64,000 bases of DNA from Myxococcota bacterium (GTDB taxonomy: Bacteria; Myxococcota_A; UBA9160; JAFDDA01): positions 640,001 through 704,000 of the forward strand of contig OZ245817.1 in assembly GCA_965228475.1 (NCBI GenBank), in the 5' to 3' direction. The translations under genes were made by a program, and so were the position numbers. The notes below the pieces were generated by a model. It was not told the DNA's origin. It saw nothing but the letters and a program-made list of their open reading frames with translations, and did not search any database. Positions 39,064-49,535 of this stretch are shown here, piece by piece. Position 1 is the first letter of the stretch, and each line of letters opens with the position of its first letter.

Positions 39064-39492
39064 ATGAGCGAGAGCACCCCCGAGACGAACGAATCCACCC
39101 GCAAGGCCCATCTCCAGTCCGTCCCCGCCAAGGAGTCGAGCGCGCCGGCGCCGGCCCAGAGCGGCCCCGTGCGGCAGTCCGGCGGCCACTTCACCGGCCT
39201 GCTGGCCCTGCTGCTGGCCGTGGCGGTGTTCGCCCTGCTGGCCCAGTTCTCCGCGAACCAGGGTCTCGAGGCCGAGAACGCCGAGCTGAAGACCCAGCTC
39301 GCCTCGACCCAGGCCGAGCTTGCGGCCAGCCAGGAGAACATGAGCACCGCGCGCGACGCGCTCGGCGGCCTGAAGGACGTGCTGGCCCGCGTCGAGGCGC
39401 TCCTGCTGCCGCCCGTCGCCGCCGAGGGCGGAGCCGAAGCGGCCCCCGAGGCTGTGAGCGCGGACACGCCCGAGGCGCTCCCGGCCGAGTAG
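39064..39492 (+). CDS. Small single-TM coiled-coil protein
   Basis: GGAG RBS, one TM helix followed by a heptad-rich helix. Confidence 0.7.
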   Translation: MSESTPETNESTRKAHLQSVPAKESSAPAPAQSGPVRQSGGHFTGLLALLLAVAVFALLAQFSANQGLEAENAELKTQLASTQAELAASQENMSTARDALGGLKDVLARVEALLLPPVAAEGGAEAAPEAVSADTPEALPAE

Positions 39493-39685
39493 CGCCGCCA
39501 AGAGCGAGGAATCGCGGGCCGGTCCGACGGGCCGGCCCGCTGACCCCGCGTCCGCTCCCACCCACACGCCCTTCACCCCAGGCCGATCCACTTTCGGCCA
39601 TGCGTGTGCTTTTTCCGCTCAGGGGCCTCCCGGGTAACGCCGATGAGACTCGGTAGAACACCTCCCCCCCAACGGAGGTCCTCCC

Positions 39686-40723
39686 GTGGTCTTTGGTCCC
39701 ATCGCCGCATTCCTGTCCGACGATCTCGCAATCGATCTCGGAACCGCCAACACGCTCGTCTACTCCCGGGGCAAGGGCATGATCTGCTCGGAGCCGTCGG
39801 TGGTGGCGGTGGCGCACGACGGACGCAGCCGCGTCGAACGCGTGCTGGCCGTCGGCCACGAAGCGAAGGAGATGGTCGGCCGCACCCCGGGCGGCGTCCG
39901 CGCGATTCGCCCGATCAAGGACGGCGTGATCGCCGACTTCGAGATCGCCGAGGCGATGCTCCGCTACTTCATCCAGCGCGCGCACAACCGCAGCAAGCTG
40001 GTCCGCCCGCGCATCGTCATCTGCGTGCCGCCCTGCATCACCAGCGTCGAGAAGCGCGCGGTGCGGGAATCGGCGCTCTCGGCCGGTGCGCGCGAAGTCT
40101 TCCTGATCGAGGAGCCCATGGCCGCGGCCATCGGTGCGGGCCTCGACGTCACCGCGCCGACGGGCAACATGGTCGTCGACATCGGCGGTGGCACGACCGA
40201 CGTGGCCGTGATCTCGCTCTCGGGCATCGTCACCTCGCGCAGCGTCCGCTGCGGCGGCGACAAGATGGACGAGGCGATCATCAACTACGTCAAGCGCAAG
40301 TACAACATGCTGATCGGCGAGCGCACCGCCGAGCGCGTGAAGATGACCGTCGGCACGGCTTCGACCCACACGAAGACGAGCACGATGGAGATCAAGGGCC
40401 GCGACCTCGTGGCCGGAATTCCGAAGACGGTGATCACGAGCAGCGACGAGATCCGTGAAGCGCTGCTCGAGCCGATCAACGCGATCGTCGAGACGGTCCA
40501 CCTGACGCTCGAGCGCACGCCGCCCGAGCTCGCGGCGGACATCGTCGACCGGGGCATCATGCTCGTCGGCGGCGGTTCGATGCTGATGGACCTGGATCAC
40601 CTGCTCCGCGAGGAGACGAAGCTGCCGATCCTGCGCAGCGAGGATCCGTTCACGGCGGTGGCGACGGGGGCCAGCACGGCGCTCGAGAACATGTCGCTGC
40701 TGCGGGACGTCTGCTTGGACTGA
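39686..40723 (+). CDS. mreB: Rod shape-determining actin homolog MreB (no adjacent mreCD)
   Basis: IDLGTANT, RPIKDGVIADF, IEEPMAAAIGAG, VDIGGGTT, TPPELAADI. Confidence 0.93.
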   Translation: MVFGPIAAFLSDDLAIDLGTANTLVYSRGKGMICSEPSVVAVAHDGRSRVERVLAVGHEAKEMVGRTPGGVRAIRPIKDGVIADFEIAEAMLRYFIQRAHNRSKLVRPRIVICVPPCITSVEKRAVRESALSAGAREVFLIEEPMAAAIGAGLDVTAPTGNMVVDIGGGTTDVAVISLSGIVTSRSVRCGGDKMDEAIINYVKRKYNMLIGERTAERVKMTVGTASTHTKTSTMEIKGRDLVAGIPKTVITSSDEIREALLEPINAIVETVHLTLERTPPELAADIVDRGIMLVGGGSMLMDLDHLLREETKLPILRSEDPFTAVATGASTALENMSLLRDVCLD

Positions 40724-40756
40724 GTTCTTTGCCCGGGCCTTGGGGCGTTGTCTCTG

Positions 40757-40902
40757 GGCCGGGGGATGGGGTGTTCGGCTCCGTGGGTGTGGCCGCGTTG
40801 GCTTCTACTCACGCTCGTAGAGCGCCCTGCGTTTCGTCGACTCCGGTCCGTTTTCAGGCAATAGATCACCACCCACTGCGCCGAACACCCCATCCCCCGG
40901 CC
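40757..40902 (+). repeat. 146-bp hairpin element, copy 1
   Basis: 23-bp perfect terminal inverted repeat GGCCGGGGGATGGGGTGTTCGGC (40757-40779 / 40880-40902). Confidence 0.85.
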
Positions 40903-40984
40903 AAGTTGCGCGGGTGGCTCCGGGGTTGCTCGGGGTCTCGCGTTGCCGGACCGCGAGCATGCTAGTGAGCCACCGAGTGAGTCA

Positions 40985-41131
40985 GGCGGGGGAAGGGTAT
41001 TTCGCAGCAGGCGGCTGGTGATCTCTTGCAACGACGGCGTTTCGCACCGCCGAGCCCACTCGAACGTCCAGAGAAGCCCCGAAGCCCCCAGGCGGCCACA
41101 GCCGCCGGAGGCGAAATACCCTTCCCCCGCC
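40985..41131 (-). repeat. 147-bp hairpin element, copy 2 (inverted homolog of copy 1)
   Basis: 21-bp perfect terminal inverted repeat GGCGGGGGAAGGGTATTTCGC (40985-41005 / 41111-41131); shares TGTGGCCGC and GCAAnAGATCACCA with copy 1. Confidence 0.85.
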
Positions 41132-41151
41132 GTCCTCGTACCTCCTCTGCC

Positions 41152-41790
41152 TCAGGCCGCCCGAAGCCAAAGCCACGCATGGCTCAAGCTCGGGGTCAGC
41201 CGGAGCTGCGCGCCCCGGATCCGGCGCCGGTTCGGCCCGTCGCTGCGCTCCGCCAGCCCTTCGAGCCAGAGCGTCGCTTCCTCCTTCCGCCCCGAGCGCG
41301 CGAGCAGGCCCGCGAGATCGATCACGACCTCGGGCTCCCAGGGCGCGTAGGTGAGCGCTTCGCGAAGCAGGTAGACCGCCGCTGGGCGCTGGGCCCGGCG
41401 GCGCTGGTGTTTCCGTCCGCGCAGGAGTGCCTTCACCGCGGCCTTGGGCCGCCCCAGGCGGCGTTCGACGCGGGCGATGGCGAGCCAGGCGTCCATCTTG
41501 TCCGGGAGCCGCTCGGCGGCGTCGCGGAAGACGTCGAGGGCTTCGGCGTACTCGCCGGCGCGCTCGTGGCCGCGGGCGACCGCCCGGAAGGAGAGCCAGG
41601 CCTCGAAGGGCTGGCGGTCTTCGGCGAGGAGCGGCCCGAGCTCGCGGTGGACGTCGACGTTTCCGGGCTCGGCGACGAGCACCCGGCGGTAGAGCGCAAT
41701 CGCCCGCCGGCGCCGCCCGCGCCCGGCTTCCCGTGCTGCGGCGGCCAGCGCCTCGCGCCGGTCGTAGCGTTCGCGACGAAACCACCCCAT
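41152..41790 (-). CDS. TPR-repeat protein
   Basis: AIALYRRVLVAEPGN, EALDVFRDAAERLPD TPR-like helical repeats. Confidence 0.75.
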   Translation of the reverse strand: MGWFRRERYDRREALAAAAREAGRGRRRRAIALYRRVLVAEPGNVDVHRELGPLLAEDRQPFEAWLSFRAVARGHERAGEYAEALDVFRDAAERLPDKMDAWLAIARVERRLGRPKAAVKALLRGRKHQRRRAQRPAAVYLLREALTYAPWEPEVVIDLAGLLARSGRKEEATLWLEGLAERSDGPNRRRIRGAQLRLTPSLSHAWLWLRAA

Positions 41791-41839
41791 CCCCGAGACG
41801 ATCGGCCCGCCGGGCCGCAGCCTCGGTGCTCGGGATCAC

Positions 41840-42463
41840 CTACTCCGGGGAGAGCGCCGCCAGGGCGAGCTGCATGGCGATCTGGAGGTCGCCCGAGACG
41901 TCGAGCTGGCCGCTCATGAAGGCGTTCTGGGGGTCGAGGCGGCCCGCGCGGAGGTCGTCGTAGATCGCCGGGCCGACCTTGATCTCCATGTCCGGCCTCT
42001 CGGGTACCGGCGTCTCGCCGAAGTGCACGCGGAAGGCAAAGCCCTCGTCGCCGGTGACCTCGAAGCCGATGCAGCCGCCGACGCCGCGCACGTTTTCGAG
42101 CCGCGAGCGCGTGAGCTTGAAATCGCCGGCGAAGCCCGCGAGGCCGCCGAGCAGGCCGAGGGCGGAGTCGCCGGCCTCGGAGGCGATCCGCTCGAAGGCG
42201 CGGCGGTCCTGCAGCACCGTCATGAGCAGGGGCTCCGAGGGAGCGTCGCCCGCGGCCATGGCGCCGTCGGTGACGTTCAGGAAGAACGTGCCGCCGGAAT
42301 CCCCGTCGACGTCGACCCGCAGCGTCGCGGACACGCCGCGCATTCCCTCGAGCACCTTCGCGGCTTCGTCGTCGCCCGCGGCGGCGGCCTCCTGCTCGGC
42401 CAGGGTCTCGTTCCACTGGGCGGGGACGGTCTTGGTATAGAACGTGCGCGGGTCGAGGCTCAC
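41840..42463 (-). CDS. SCP2 sterol/lipid-binding domain protein
   Basis: GRLDPQNAFMSGQLDVSGDLQIAMQL SCP2 signature; GTG start with GAGG RBS. Confidence 0.82.
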   Translation of the reverse strand: MSLDPRTFYTKTVPAQWNETLAEQEAAAAGDDEAAKVLEGMRGVSATLRVDVDGDSGGTFFLNVTDGAMAAGDAPSEPLLMTVLQDRRAFERIASEAGDSALGLLGGLAGFAGDFKLTRSRLENVRGVGGCIGFEVTGDEGFAFRVHFGETPVPERPDMEIKVGPAIYDDLRAGRLDPQNAFMSGQLDVSGDLQIAMQLALAALSPE

Positions 42464-42471
42464 GGCTTCCT

Positions 42472-43497
42472 CTACTTGGACGGGGACTTCTTGCGCCGCC
42501 CGCGGCGCTGGAAGCGATCGACGTTGCGGTCGTGCTCGGCGTAGGACTTCGAGAACACGTGCGTGCCGTCGTTGCGGGAGACGAAGAAAAGGTAGGAGGA
42601 CTTCGCCGGCGCGACCACCGCGCGCAGGGCCTCGGCGCCGGGGTTCGCGATCGGGCCCGGCGGGAGCCCCGCAATCTTGTAGGTGTTGTACGGGTTCTCG
42701 CCGTTCTCGAGATCGCGGCGGCGCAGGTTGCCGTCGAAGTTCGGGATGCCGTAGATCGTGGTCGGGTCCGACTCGAGCCGCATGCCGCGCTCGAGCCGGT
42801 TGTGGAAGACCGACGCGATGAGCGGGCGCTCGACCGCGGCGCCGGTCTCCTTCTCGACGATGGAGGCGAGCGTCACGACTTCGCGCATGGAGAGGTCGCG
42901 GGCCTTGGCGGCGTCGGCGACTTCGCGCCAGGTATCGAGGAAGTGCTCGATCAGGACGCCGACGACGGCGTCCGTCGGCATGCCGCGCGGGAAGCGGTAG
43001 GTCTCCGGGTAGAGGTATCCCTCGAGGCCGGGGCCCTCGACGCCGAAGCGCTCGGCGCTCTCCGGCGCCTCCACCACGGCGAGGAAGGCGGCCGCCTGCG
43101 CGACCCCGGCGGCCTCCATGCGCGCCGCGATCTCGCGCGCCGTCAGGCCCTCGGGGATCGCGACTTCGTAGGTCTTGACGCGGCCCTCGACGAGCACCGC
43201 GAGGATCTCCTCGGCACCCTGCGAAGGCGCCAGGGCGTACTCGCCGACCTGGAGCTTCCCGGCCTCCTCCCGCCAGCGGGCGAGCCACTCGAAGGCGCGC
43301 GCGTCGCGGATCACGCCGCGGGCGGCGAGCGTGGCCGCCACGTTCTTCAGCGTCGCGCCGCGCGCGACTTCGAAATCCACCGTTTCCTCGCTCGCGGACG
43401 CCGGTTCGAGCGCTCCGCGGAACCACGAGAGGCCGGCCAGCGCCGCGCCGCCCGCGAGACCCGCGAGCAGGACCAGAGCGAGGAGCACGCGCTTCAC
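42472..43497 (-). CDS. mltG: Endolytic transglycosylase MltG
   Basis: IPEG, LEGYLYPETY, LASIVEKE, NPYNTYKIAGLPPGPIANPG. Confidence 0.95.
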   Translation of the reverse strand: MKRVLLALVLLAGLAGGAALAGLSWFRGALEPASASEETVDFEVARGATLKNVAATLAARGVIRDARAFEWLARWREEAGKLQVGEYALAPSQGAEEILAVLVEGRVKTYEVAIPEGLTAREIAARMEAAGVAQAAAFLAVVEAPESAERFGVEGPGLEGYLYPETYRFPRGMPTDAVVGVLIEHFLDTWREVADAAKARDLSMREVVTLASIVEKETGAAVERPLIASVFHNRLERGMRLESDPTTIYGIPNFDGNLRRRDLENGENPYNTYKIAGLPPGPIANPGAEALRAVVAPAKSSYLFFVSRNDGTHVFSKSYAEHDRNVDRFQRRGRRKKSPSK

Positions 43498-43940
43498 GCC
43501 GACCGCTCCTCCGCGCGCACGGGCCGCTTCGCCTTGCGGCGCTCGAGGTGGGCGCGCAGCAGGATCGAGGCGGCCACCGCGTCGATCACGGCGCGCTGTT
43601 TCTTCCCCTTCCGGCCGGATTCCCGCAGGGCGCGCTCGGCTTCCACCGTCGTGAGCCGCTCGTCGAGGGTCGCGATCGGGAGGCCCGTGTTTTCGCCGAG
43701 AACCTTGGCGAACCGGCGCGCCCGCTCGGAGTCGTCGCCGCGCCGGCCGTCCATGTGCAGGGGCAGGCCCACCACGATCTCGCCGACCTCGTGGGTCTTC
43801 ACCAGCTCCGCGACGGCCGCCGCGTCGCGCACGTCCCCGCTGCGCTCGAGGGTGGTGAGCGGGGAGGCGATCACGCCGTCGGGGTCCGAGAGGGCCACAC
43901 CGATGCGGCGGCTGCCGAGGTCGATGCCGAGCACGCGCAT
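43494..43940 (-). CDS. ruvX: RuvX/YqgF nuclease
   Basis: LGIDLGSRRIGVALSD, VVGLP, DERLTT, IDAVAASIL. Confidence 0.95.
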   Translation of the reverse strand: MRVLGIDLGSRRIGVALSDPDGVIASPLTTLERSGDVRDAAAVAELVKTHEVGEIVVGLPLHMDGRRGDDSERARRFAKVLGENTGLPIATLDERLTTVEAERALRESGRKGKKQRAVIDAVAASILLRAHLERRKAKRPVRAEERSA

Positions 43941-43965
43941 GGGGCGAGACTAACGGAGTGGCGGT

Positions 43966-45603
43966 TCAGGAGCCCGCTTCGGGGCCGCCTTCGGGCGCGC
44001 CGCTCATGGCGCGGCGTGCGGCGACGGCGAGGCTCATGTCTTCGCCCGAGGCGACCTCGACGAGCGCCTCCCGGGCCGGTTCGCCGGGGAGCCGGCCGAG
44101 GGCAGCCACGGCCTGGAGCTTCAGCTCCTGGAGTTCCTGCCTTCGGAAGAAGCTCCGCTTGCGCAGGATGCGGCGGAGTTCGGGCACGGACTCTTCGCGG
44201 CCGAGCCGGCCGAGGGAGCGGATCACGGCGGTCGCCAGGCCGATGCGCCGCGCGCGGCGGGCGTCGCGCAGGGTGTCGGTGAGGGCGGTGGCCGCTTCCG
44301 CGCGGCCGGTGACGCCGAGGCAGTAGGCGCAGAGCGCCGCCACGTCTTCGCGGGAGCTCTCGAGGCCGTGGGTCAGCGCCGTCAGGGCCTTCTCGTTGCC
44401 GACGCGGGCCAGGGCGCGGGCCGCTTCCGAGCGCACGCCTTCGTCGCGGTGGTCGAGCAGGCGCGTGAGGGTGGGGACGGCGCGTTCGTCGCGGATCTCG
44501 CCGGCGATGCGCGCCGCGATGCGGGCCCGCTCCTCGGAGCTTCCCTCCATCGCGCGGCGGAGCGCCGGGGTCGCCGCGCGCCCGAGGGCGATGGTGATGC
44601 CGAGCAGCTCTTCGCGCTTCTGGCCGTCGTGCTGGACGTCGATCGCCGAAAGCAGGGCCGTGGCCACGTCGCCCGCGAGCTGGAGCAGGATCTCGGTGGC
44701 GCGGTGGTTCTCCTCGGCGTCGGCGCTGGTGGCGCGCGCGATCAGATCCGCCAGGCGCTTGCCGGTACAGATCTCGACGAGGGCCTCTCGAGCCTGCTTG
44801 CGCTGGGCCTCGCTCCGGTCGCCGCGTGCGCTGGCGTGGCGGGCGAGGGTGCGGAGGGTCTCGTCGGCGTGGCGCGTGGCGTCCGAAGCTTCCGGGGCGT
44901 CGGGCTCGGCATCGGGCCCCGCGTCGGCCTCGCGGGCGCGGTTCGCGGCATTCAGCTCGGCGACGACGGCCGTCAGGGCCTCCCCGTAGCGCTCGTCGTC
45001 CCGAGCGAGGCGCAGCCGCTCGAGGGCCGTGACCTCTCCTTCGAGGGCTTCGGCGGCGGGTTCGTGTGCCGGCGCCGCATCGTCTTCCTTCGCCTCGGGG
45101 TCGGCACCGATGGCGTCGCCGGCGGGCAGCGCGATCCCCACGCCGCGCTCGGGCAGGAAGCTCGCGGCCCCGCCGTGTTCGGCGACGGAGGCGGGGTCGC
45201 TCACGAGCAGCGAGACCAGCGCGCCGTAGGTCGGGGCATCGAGGCCGGGCTCGAAGCCGAGGCGGGGCAGTCCGCGTTCGCGCATGCGCCGGCCGAGCTC
45301 TTCGAGGCGGCCGCGTCCGAGGGGCGGGCCGTCGGCGGCCGCCCGCACGCCGGACTCGGCGGCGTGGAGTTCGAGGGCGCCATTGCGGTCGAGGTCCGTT
45401 CGCCAGGCGCGCCAGGCGCGGTCGACGGAGGGCGCCCGCCCGCCCGCGCCGCGCGTCTGGAAATCCTGCTCCCGCACCGCGCGCAGCAGCTCGACGCAAA
45501 GCGCCACGACATCATTGGGAGTGCGGGTCTGGCCCACGGTTCGATCGCGCTCCACGGCTGGGGCTCTCAAGGAGTCAGGAGAGTAGGAAGGTGGCAAATC
45601 CAC
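43966..45603 (-). CDS. HEAT-repeat protein
   Basis: Repeats such as AVPTLTRLLDHRDEGVRSEAARAL in the C-terminal half. Confidence 0.8.
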   Translation of the reverse strand: MDLPPSYSPDSLRAPAVERDRTVGQTRTPNDVVALCVELLRAVREQDFQTRGAGGRAPSVDRAWRAWRTDLDRNGALELHAAESGVRAAADGPPLGRGRLEELGRRMRERGLPRLGFEPGLDAPTYGALVSLLVSDPASVAEHGGAASFLPERGVGIALPAGDAIGADPEAKEDDAAPAHEPAAEALEGEVTALERLRLARDDERYGEALTAVVAELNAANRAREADAGPDAEPDAPEASDATRHADETLRTLARHASARGDRSEAQRKQAREALVEICTGKRLADLIARATSADAEENHRATEILLQLAGDVATALLSAIDVQHDGQKREELLGITIALGRAATPALRRAMEGSSEERARIAARIAGEIRDERAVPTLTRLLDHRDEGVRSEAARALARVGNEKALTALTHGLESSREDVAALCAYCLGVTGRAEAATALTDTLRDARRARRIGLATAVIRSLGRLGREESVPELRRILRKRSFFRRQELQELKLQAVAALGRLPGEPAREALVEVASGEDMSLAVAARRAMSGAPEGGPEAGS

Positions 45604-45835
45604 CCCGAAACACCCCTGTGCGATCGGTCAGGCAGGGAGAAAGCTGTAACCCGGCCTGGTTTCGCCCTTGACGCCGGGCGCAGCCGACGGCTATCAAAAT
45701 GGGGTCGTCCGGCCTCAATCCCTCCCTCCCCAGAGGCTGCACAGGCGACACCTCTGCGGTCCCGGGTGACAGCGTCATCGAACCGTCGGCTTGCCATCGC
45801 TGCGATTCCAAGAAGCCTCGGCCTGGAGTGTCCGA

Positions 45836-46318
45836 ATGAGGCCGCTGGCCCTCATTCTGGCAACCGTCGGCGTCGGCTATCTGCCGGGCGCCCCGGGCAC
45901 GTACGGGGCCCTCGTGGCGGTGGGCCTCGGCTGGGCGGCGCTGGCCGCCGGGATCTCCTGGCCCCTCTACCTGCTGGCCACTCTCGCGGTCTCCGCGGCC
46001 GGGGTCTGGGCCGCCACGGAGGCCTGCCGGGCCTGGGGCACCCACGACGACGGGCGCGTGGTGATCGACGAGGTCGCCGGCCAGCTCCTGGCGTTCCTCC
46101 CGCTCTTCTTGTTGCCGAAAAGCAGCAATTTTTTTCCGGCCCTCGTGACCGGATTCGTCCTGTTCAGGCTGTTTGATATCGCCAAGCCGGGCCCGGTGCG
46201 CTGGGCCGAGCGCCGCTTCCCGGACGGGGTGGGCGTCATGGCGGACGACCTGGTCGCCGGGCTGCTGGCGGCGGCGCTGCTCGGGGTGGGGATGGTCGCG
46301 TGGGGAGGGTCTTCATGA
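45836..46318 (+). CDS. pgpA: Phosphatidylglycerophosphatase A
   Basis: APGTYG, HDDGRVVIDEVAG, FRLFDIAKP, GVMADDLVAG. Confidence 0.94.
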   Translation: MRPLALILATVGVGYLPGAPGTYGALVAVGLGWAALAAGISWPLYLLATLAVSAAGVWAATEACRAWGTHDDGRVVIDEVAGQLLAFLPLFLLPKSSNFFPALVTGFVLFRLFDIAKPGPVRWAERRFPDGVGVMADDLVAGLLAAALLGVGMVAWGGSS

Positions 46319-46381
46319 GGGGAACGGTCGCTTGAGCGCAGAAGTGGGCATGAGGGGAACAGTCGTTTGAGCGCAGAAGTG
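46314..46381 (+). repeat. Tandem duplication (35-bp period) of the cinA translation-initiation region
   Basis: CATGAGGGGAACgGTCGcTTGAGCGCAGAAGTG (46314-46346) and CATGAGGGGAACaGTCGtTTGAGCGCAGAAGTG (46349-46381). Confidence 0.9.
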
Positions 46382-47647
46382 CTGACCATCGGGGACGAGC
46401 TGCTGCGCGGCGAGATCGTCGATTCGAACAAGTCGTTCCTCTCGGACCGGCTGCTCTCCCTCGACATCGAGACCCGCTTCCACGGCTCCGTGCGCGACGA
46501 CCCGGAGGACATGACGGATGCCTTCCGGCGCGCCGCCGAGCGCAGCGAGATCGTGCTGGTCTCCGGCGGGCTCGGGCCCACCCGCGACGACCTCACCATC
46601 GAGATCCTCGCCCGGACCTTCGGGCGCGAGCTCGTGCTCGACGAAGCCTCCCTCGAGGCCATCCGCGCCTTCTTCGCGCGCTTCGGCCGCACCATGGCGA
46701 AGAACAACGAGAAGCAGGCCTGGCTGCCCGAGGGCGCCGAGGCCCTGCCGAACCCGGTCGGTACGGCGCCGGGCACCCACCTGCGCGTCGAGGGGACGTC
46801 CTTCTTCTGCATGCCGGGGATCCCGCGCGAGCTCCACTTGATGATGGACGAGCAGGTGCTGCCGCGCATCGCGGCCGGGCGCGAAGGCGGGCGCGTCGTG
46901 CGCTCCCGCTTCCTGCGCACCTTCGGCCTCGGCGAGTCGAACCTCGACGAGCTGCTCGCGGACATCGCCCAGGACGGCGACGTCACCCTCGGCTTCCGCA
47001 CCGCGTTCCCGGACAACCACCTGCGCCCGCTCACGCGCGGCGCGAGCGCCGAGGATGCCGACGCGAAGCTCGAGCGGGTCGTGGCGGTCGTGCGCGAGCG
47101 GCTCGGCGTGATGGTCTACGGCGAGGGCGACGAGACCCTCGAGGAGGTCGTCGGTGGCCTGCTCGCCCGCGCGGGGCAGACCGTCGCGGTGGCCGAGAGC
47201 TGCACGGGGGGGCTGCTCGCCGAGCGGCTCACGCGCGTGCCGGGCAGCTCGGGCTGGTTCCTCGGCGGCGTGGTCTCCTACGCGAACTCGGCCAAGGCGG
47301 GCCTGCTCGGCGTCCCCGAGGCGATGCTCGAAGCGCACGGTGCGGTCTCCGAGCCGGTGGCCCAGGCCATGGCGGAGGGCGTTCGCGAGCGGCTCGGTAC
47401 GGACTTCGGCGTCGCCACCACGGGCATCGCCGGGCCGGACGGCGGCAGCGAGGAGAAGCCCGTCGGCACCGTCTGGATCGCCGTGGCGGATGCTTCGGGC
47501 GCCGCCGCGGAGCGCTTCGTCTTCCCCTTCGACCGGGAGCGAAACCGCCAGGTCACGGCCCACGTCGCCCTCGACTGGGTGCGCCGCTCGCTGCTCGGCG
47601 AGCCGCTCGTGGCCCCGCGCTATCTGCGCACGGAAGGGGGCAACTAG
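46367..47647 (+). CDS. cinA: Competence/damage-inducible protein CinA (NMN deamidase domain)
   Basis: [41 protein letters not shown]. Confidence 0.94.
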   Translation: MSAEVLTIGDELLRGEIVDSNKSFLSDRLLSLDIETRFHGSVRDDPEDMTDAFRRAAERSEIVLVSGGLGPTRDDLTIEILARTFGRELVLDEASLEAIRAFFARFGRTMAKNNEKQAWLPEGAEALPNPVGTAPGTHLRVEGTSFFCMPGIPRELHLMMDEQVLPRIAAGREGGRVVRSRFLRTFGLGESNLDELLADIAQDGDVTLGFRTAFPDNHLRPLTRGASAEDADAKLERVVAVVRERLGVMVYGEGDETLEEVVGGLLARAGQTVAVAESCTGGLLAERLTRVPGSSGWFLGGVVSYANSAKAGLLGVPEAMLEAHGAVSEPVAQAMAEGVRERLGTDFGVATTGIAGPDGGSEEKPVGTVWIAVADASGAAAERFVFPFDRERNRQVTAHVALDWVRRSLLGEPLVAPRYLRTEGGN

Positions 47648-48231
47648 TGGGTGACGTCCGTGCCTTCTTCGCCGTCGAGCTCGGCGCATCGCTCGACGAG
47701 GCGGCCCAGCGCGGCATCGAGACCCTGCGTGAGCGGGCGGGGGAGGGCGCCCGGGGCCTTCGCTTCGTGCGCACGGAGTCTCTGCACGTGACGCTGCGCT
47801 TCCTCGGCGACGTCTCCGTGGAGCGGCTCGGCGAGCTCGTCGCGGCGGTGCAGAAGGAACTCGCTTCGACGCCGGCGTTCCCGCTCTCGCTGGGCGGCCT
47901 GGTGGGCTTCCCGAACCCGCAGCGCCCCCGCGTACTGGCCTTCGAGGCGTTCCCGGCCAAGGCCCTCTCGCGCGCGGCGGCGGCGGTCGAGCGCGGCGTG
48001 GTCGCGGCGGGCCTCCCCGCCGAGGAGCGCCCCTTCCGGCCCCACCTCACGCTGGCGCGCGTGCGCGGCGGCGCGCCGTCGCTCGAGGGCATCGACGCCT
48101 CGGGCGCCGAGCCCTGTGAAGTCCGCGAGGTCGTCTTGCTGCAAAGCGAGCTCGGCCCCGAGGGCGCCCGGTACACCCCGCTCGAGCGATTGCCGCTCGG
48201 CGGACGCGATTCGAACGAACCCCGTCTCTAA
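47647..48231 (+). CDS. thpR: RNA 2',3'-cyclic phosphodiesterase
   Basis: Two HxT motifs ([16 protein letters not shown]); between cinA and recA. Confidence 0.92.
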   Translation: MGDVRAFFAVELGASLDEAAQRGIETLRERAGEGARGLRFVRTESLHVTLRFLGDVSVERLGELVAAVQKELASTPAFPLSLGGLVGFPNPQRPRVLAFEAFPAKALSRAAAAVERGVVAAGLPAEERPFRPHLTLARVRGGAPSLEGIDASGAEPCEVREVVLLQSELGPEGARYTPLERLPLGGRDSNEPRL

Positions 48232-48243
48232 AGGAGAATGATC

Positions 48244-49359
48244 ATGGCCAAGTCCAAGCACGCTGGAGCAGACCGAAGCAACGTCACGAACCTGAGCAAC
48301 AGCAACCCGGACATCCGCAAGAAAGCGATCGATCTGGCGGTGTCGACCATCGAGAAGCAGTTCGGCAAGGGCTCGATCCAGACCCTCGACGGCGACGGTG
48401 TGGACCGCGACGTCGATGCCATCTCGAGCGGCTCGCCGAGCCTCGACATCGCGCTCGGGATCGGCGGCTACCCGCGCGGGCGCGTGGTCGAGATCTACGG
48501 CCCGGAGTCGAGCGGCAAGACGACGCTGACGCTGCACGCGGTGGCGGAGTGCCAGAAGAAGGGCGGCGTGTGCGCCTTCGTGGATGCGGAGCACGCCCTC
48601 GACGTCGGCTACGCGCGCAAGCTCGGCGTGAACGTCGAAGACCTGCTGGTCTCCCAGCCGGACACCGGCGAGCAGGCCCTCGAGATCGCCGACGTGCTGC
48701 TGAAGAGCGGCGCCATCGATCTCGTCGTGATCGACTCGGTGGCGGCCCTCGTGCCGCGCGCGGAGATCGAGGGCGAGATGGGCGACACCCACGTCGGCCT
48801 GCAGGCGCGGCTCATGAGCCAGGCCCTGCGCAAGCTCACGGGCACGCTCGCGAAGTCGAACGCCACGATCATCTTCATCAACCAGATCCGCATGAAGATC
48901 GGTGTCATGTTCGGCAACCCGGAGACCACGAGCGGCGGCAACGCGCTCAAGTTCTACAGCTCCGTGCGGCTCGACGTGCGGCGCATCGGCGCGATCAAGG
49001 ACGGCGATGCCGTGGTCGGCAACCGGACGCGCGTGAAGGTGGTGAAGAACAAGGTGGCGCCGCCCTTCCGCCAGGCCGAGTTCGACATCCTCTACAACGA
49101 GGGCGTCTCGCTCGAGGGCGACCTGCTCGACCTCGCCGTCGAGGCCGACATCGTCGAGAAGAGCGGCTCCTGGTTCTCCTACGGCAGCGAGCGCATCGGC
49201 CAGGGCCGCGAGAACGCCCGCCGCTTCCTGAAGGAGAACCCGGACATCTCCGCCACCATCGCCGAGAAGGTCTTCGCCGAGAAGGGCCTGAAGCGCCTGG
49301 TGCCGGCGGTGGAGGAGGGCGCCAAGGACGACGCGGAGCCCGCCGCCGCCGAGGCTTGA
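48244..49359 (+). CDS. recA: Recombinase RecA
   Basis: [52 protein letters not shown] (alternative start 48238). Confidence 0.98.
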   Translation: MAKSKHAGADRSNVTNLSNSNPDIRKKAIDLAVSTIEKQFGKGSIQTLDGDGVDRDVDAISSGSPSLDIALGIGGYPRGRVVEIYGPESSGKTTLTLHAVAECQKKGGVCAFVDAEHALDVGYARKLGVNVEDLLVSQPDTGEQALEIADVLLKSGAIDLVVIDSVAALVPRAEIEGEMGDTHVGLQARLMSQALRKLTGTLAKSNATIIFINQIRMKIGVMFGNPETTSGGNALKFYSSVRLDVRRIGAIKDGDAVVGNRTRVKVVKNKVAPPFRQAEFDILYNEGVSLEGDLLDLAVEADIVEKSGSWFSYGSERIGQGRENARRFLKENPDISATIAEKVFAEKGLKRLVPAVEEGAKDDAEPAAAEA

Positions 49360-49535
49360 TGCCGGCCGGTCCGGGGGGCGCAGCGGCCGCTCCCCGGGCC
49401 GGATCGGTCAGTCTTGCTCGGTCAGAATTTCCGAAACGCCGGCGCCGCCTCGCTGCGGGCCGCCGAGTGCTCCCTTTCGAGCCATGGCACGGCCCTTGCT
49501 CTTCCCACGACACAACTTTGTGGGAGGAGTGAGAC

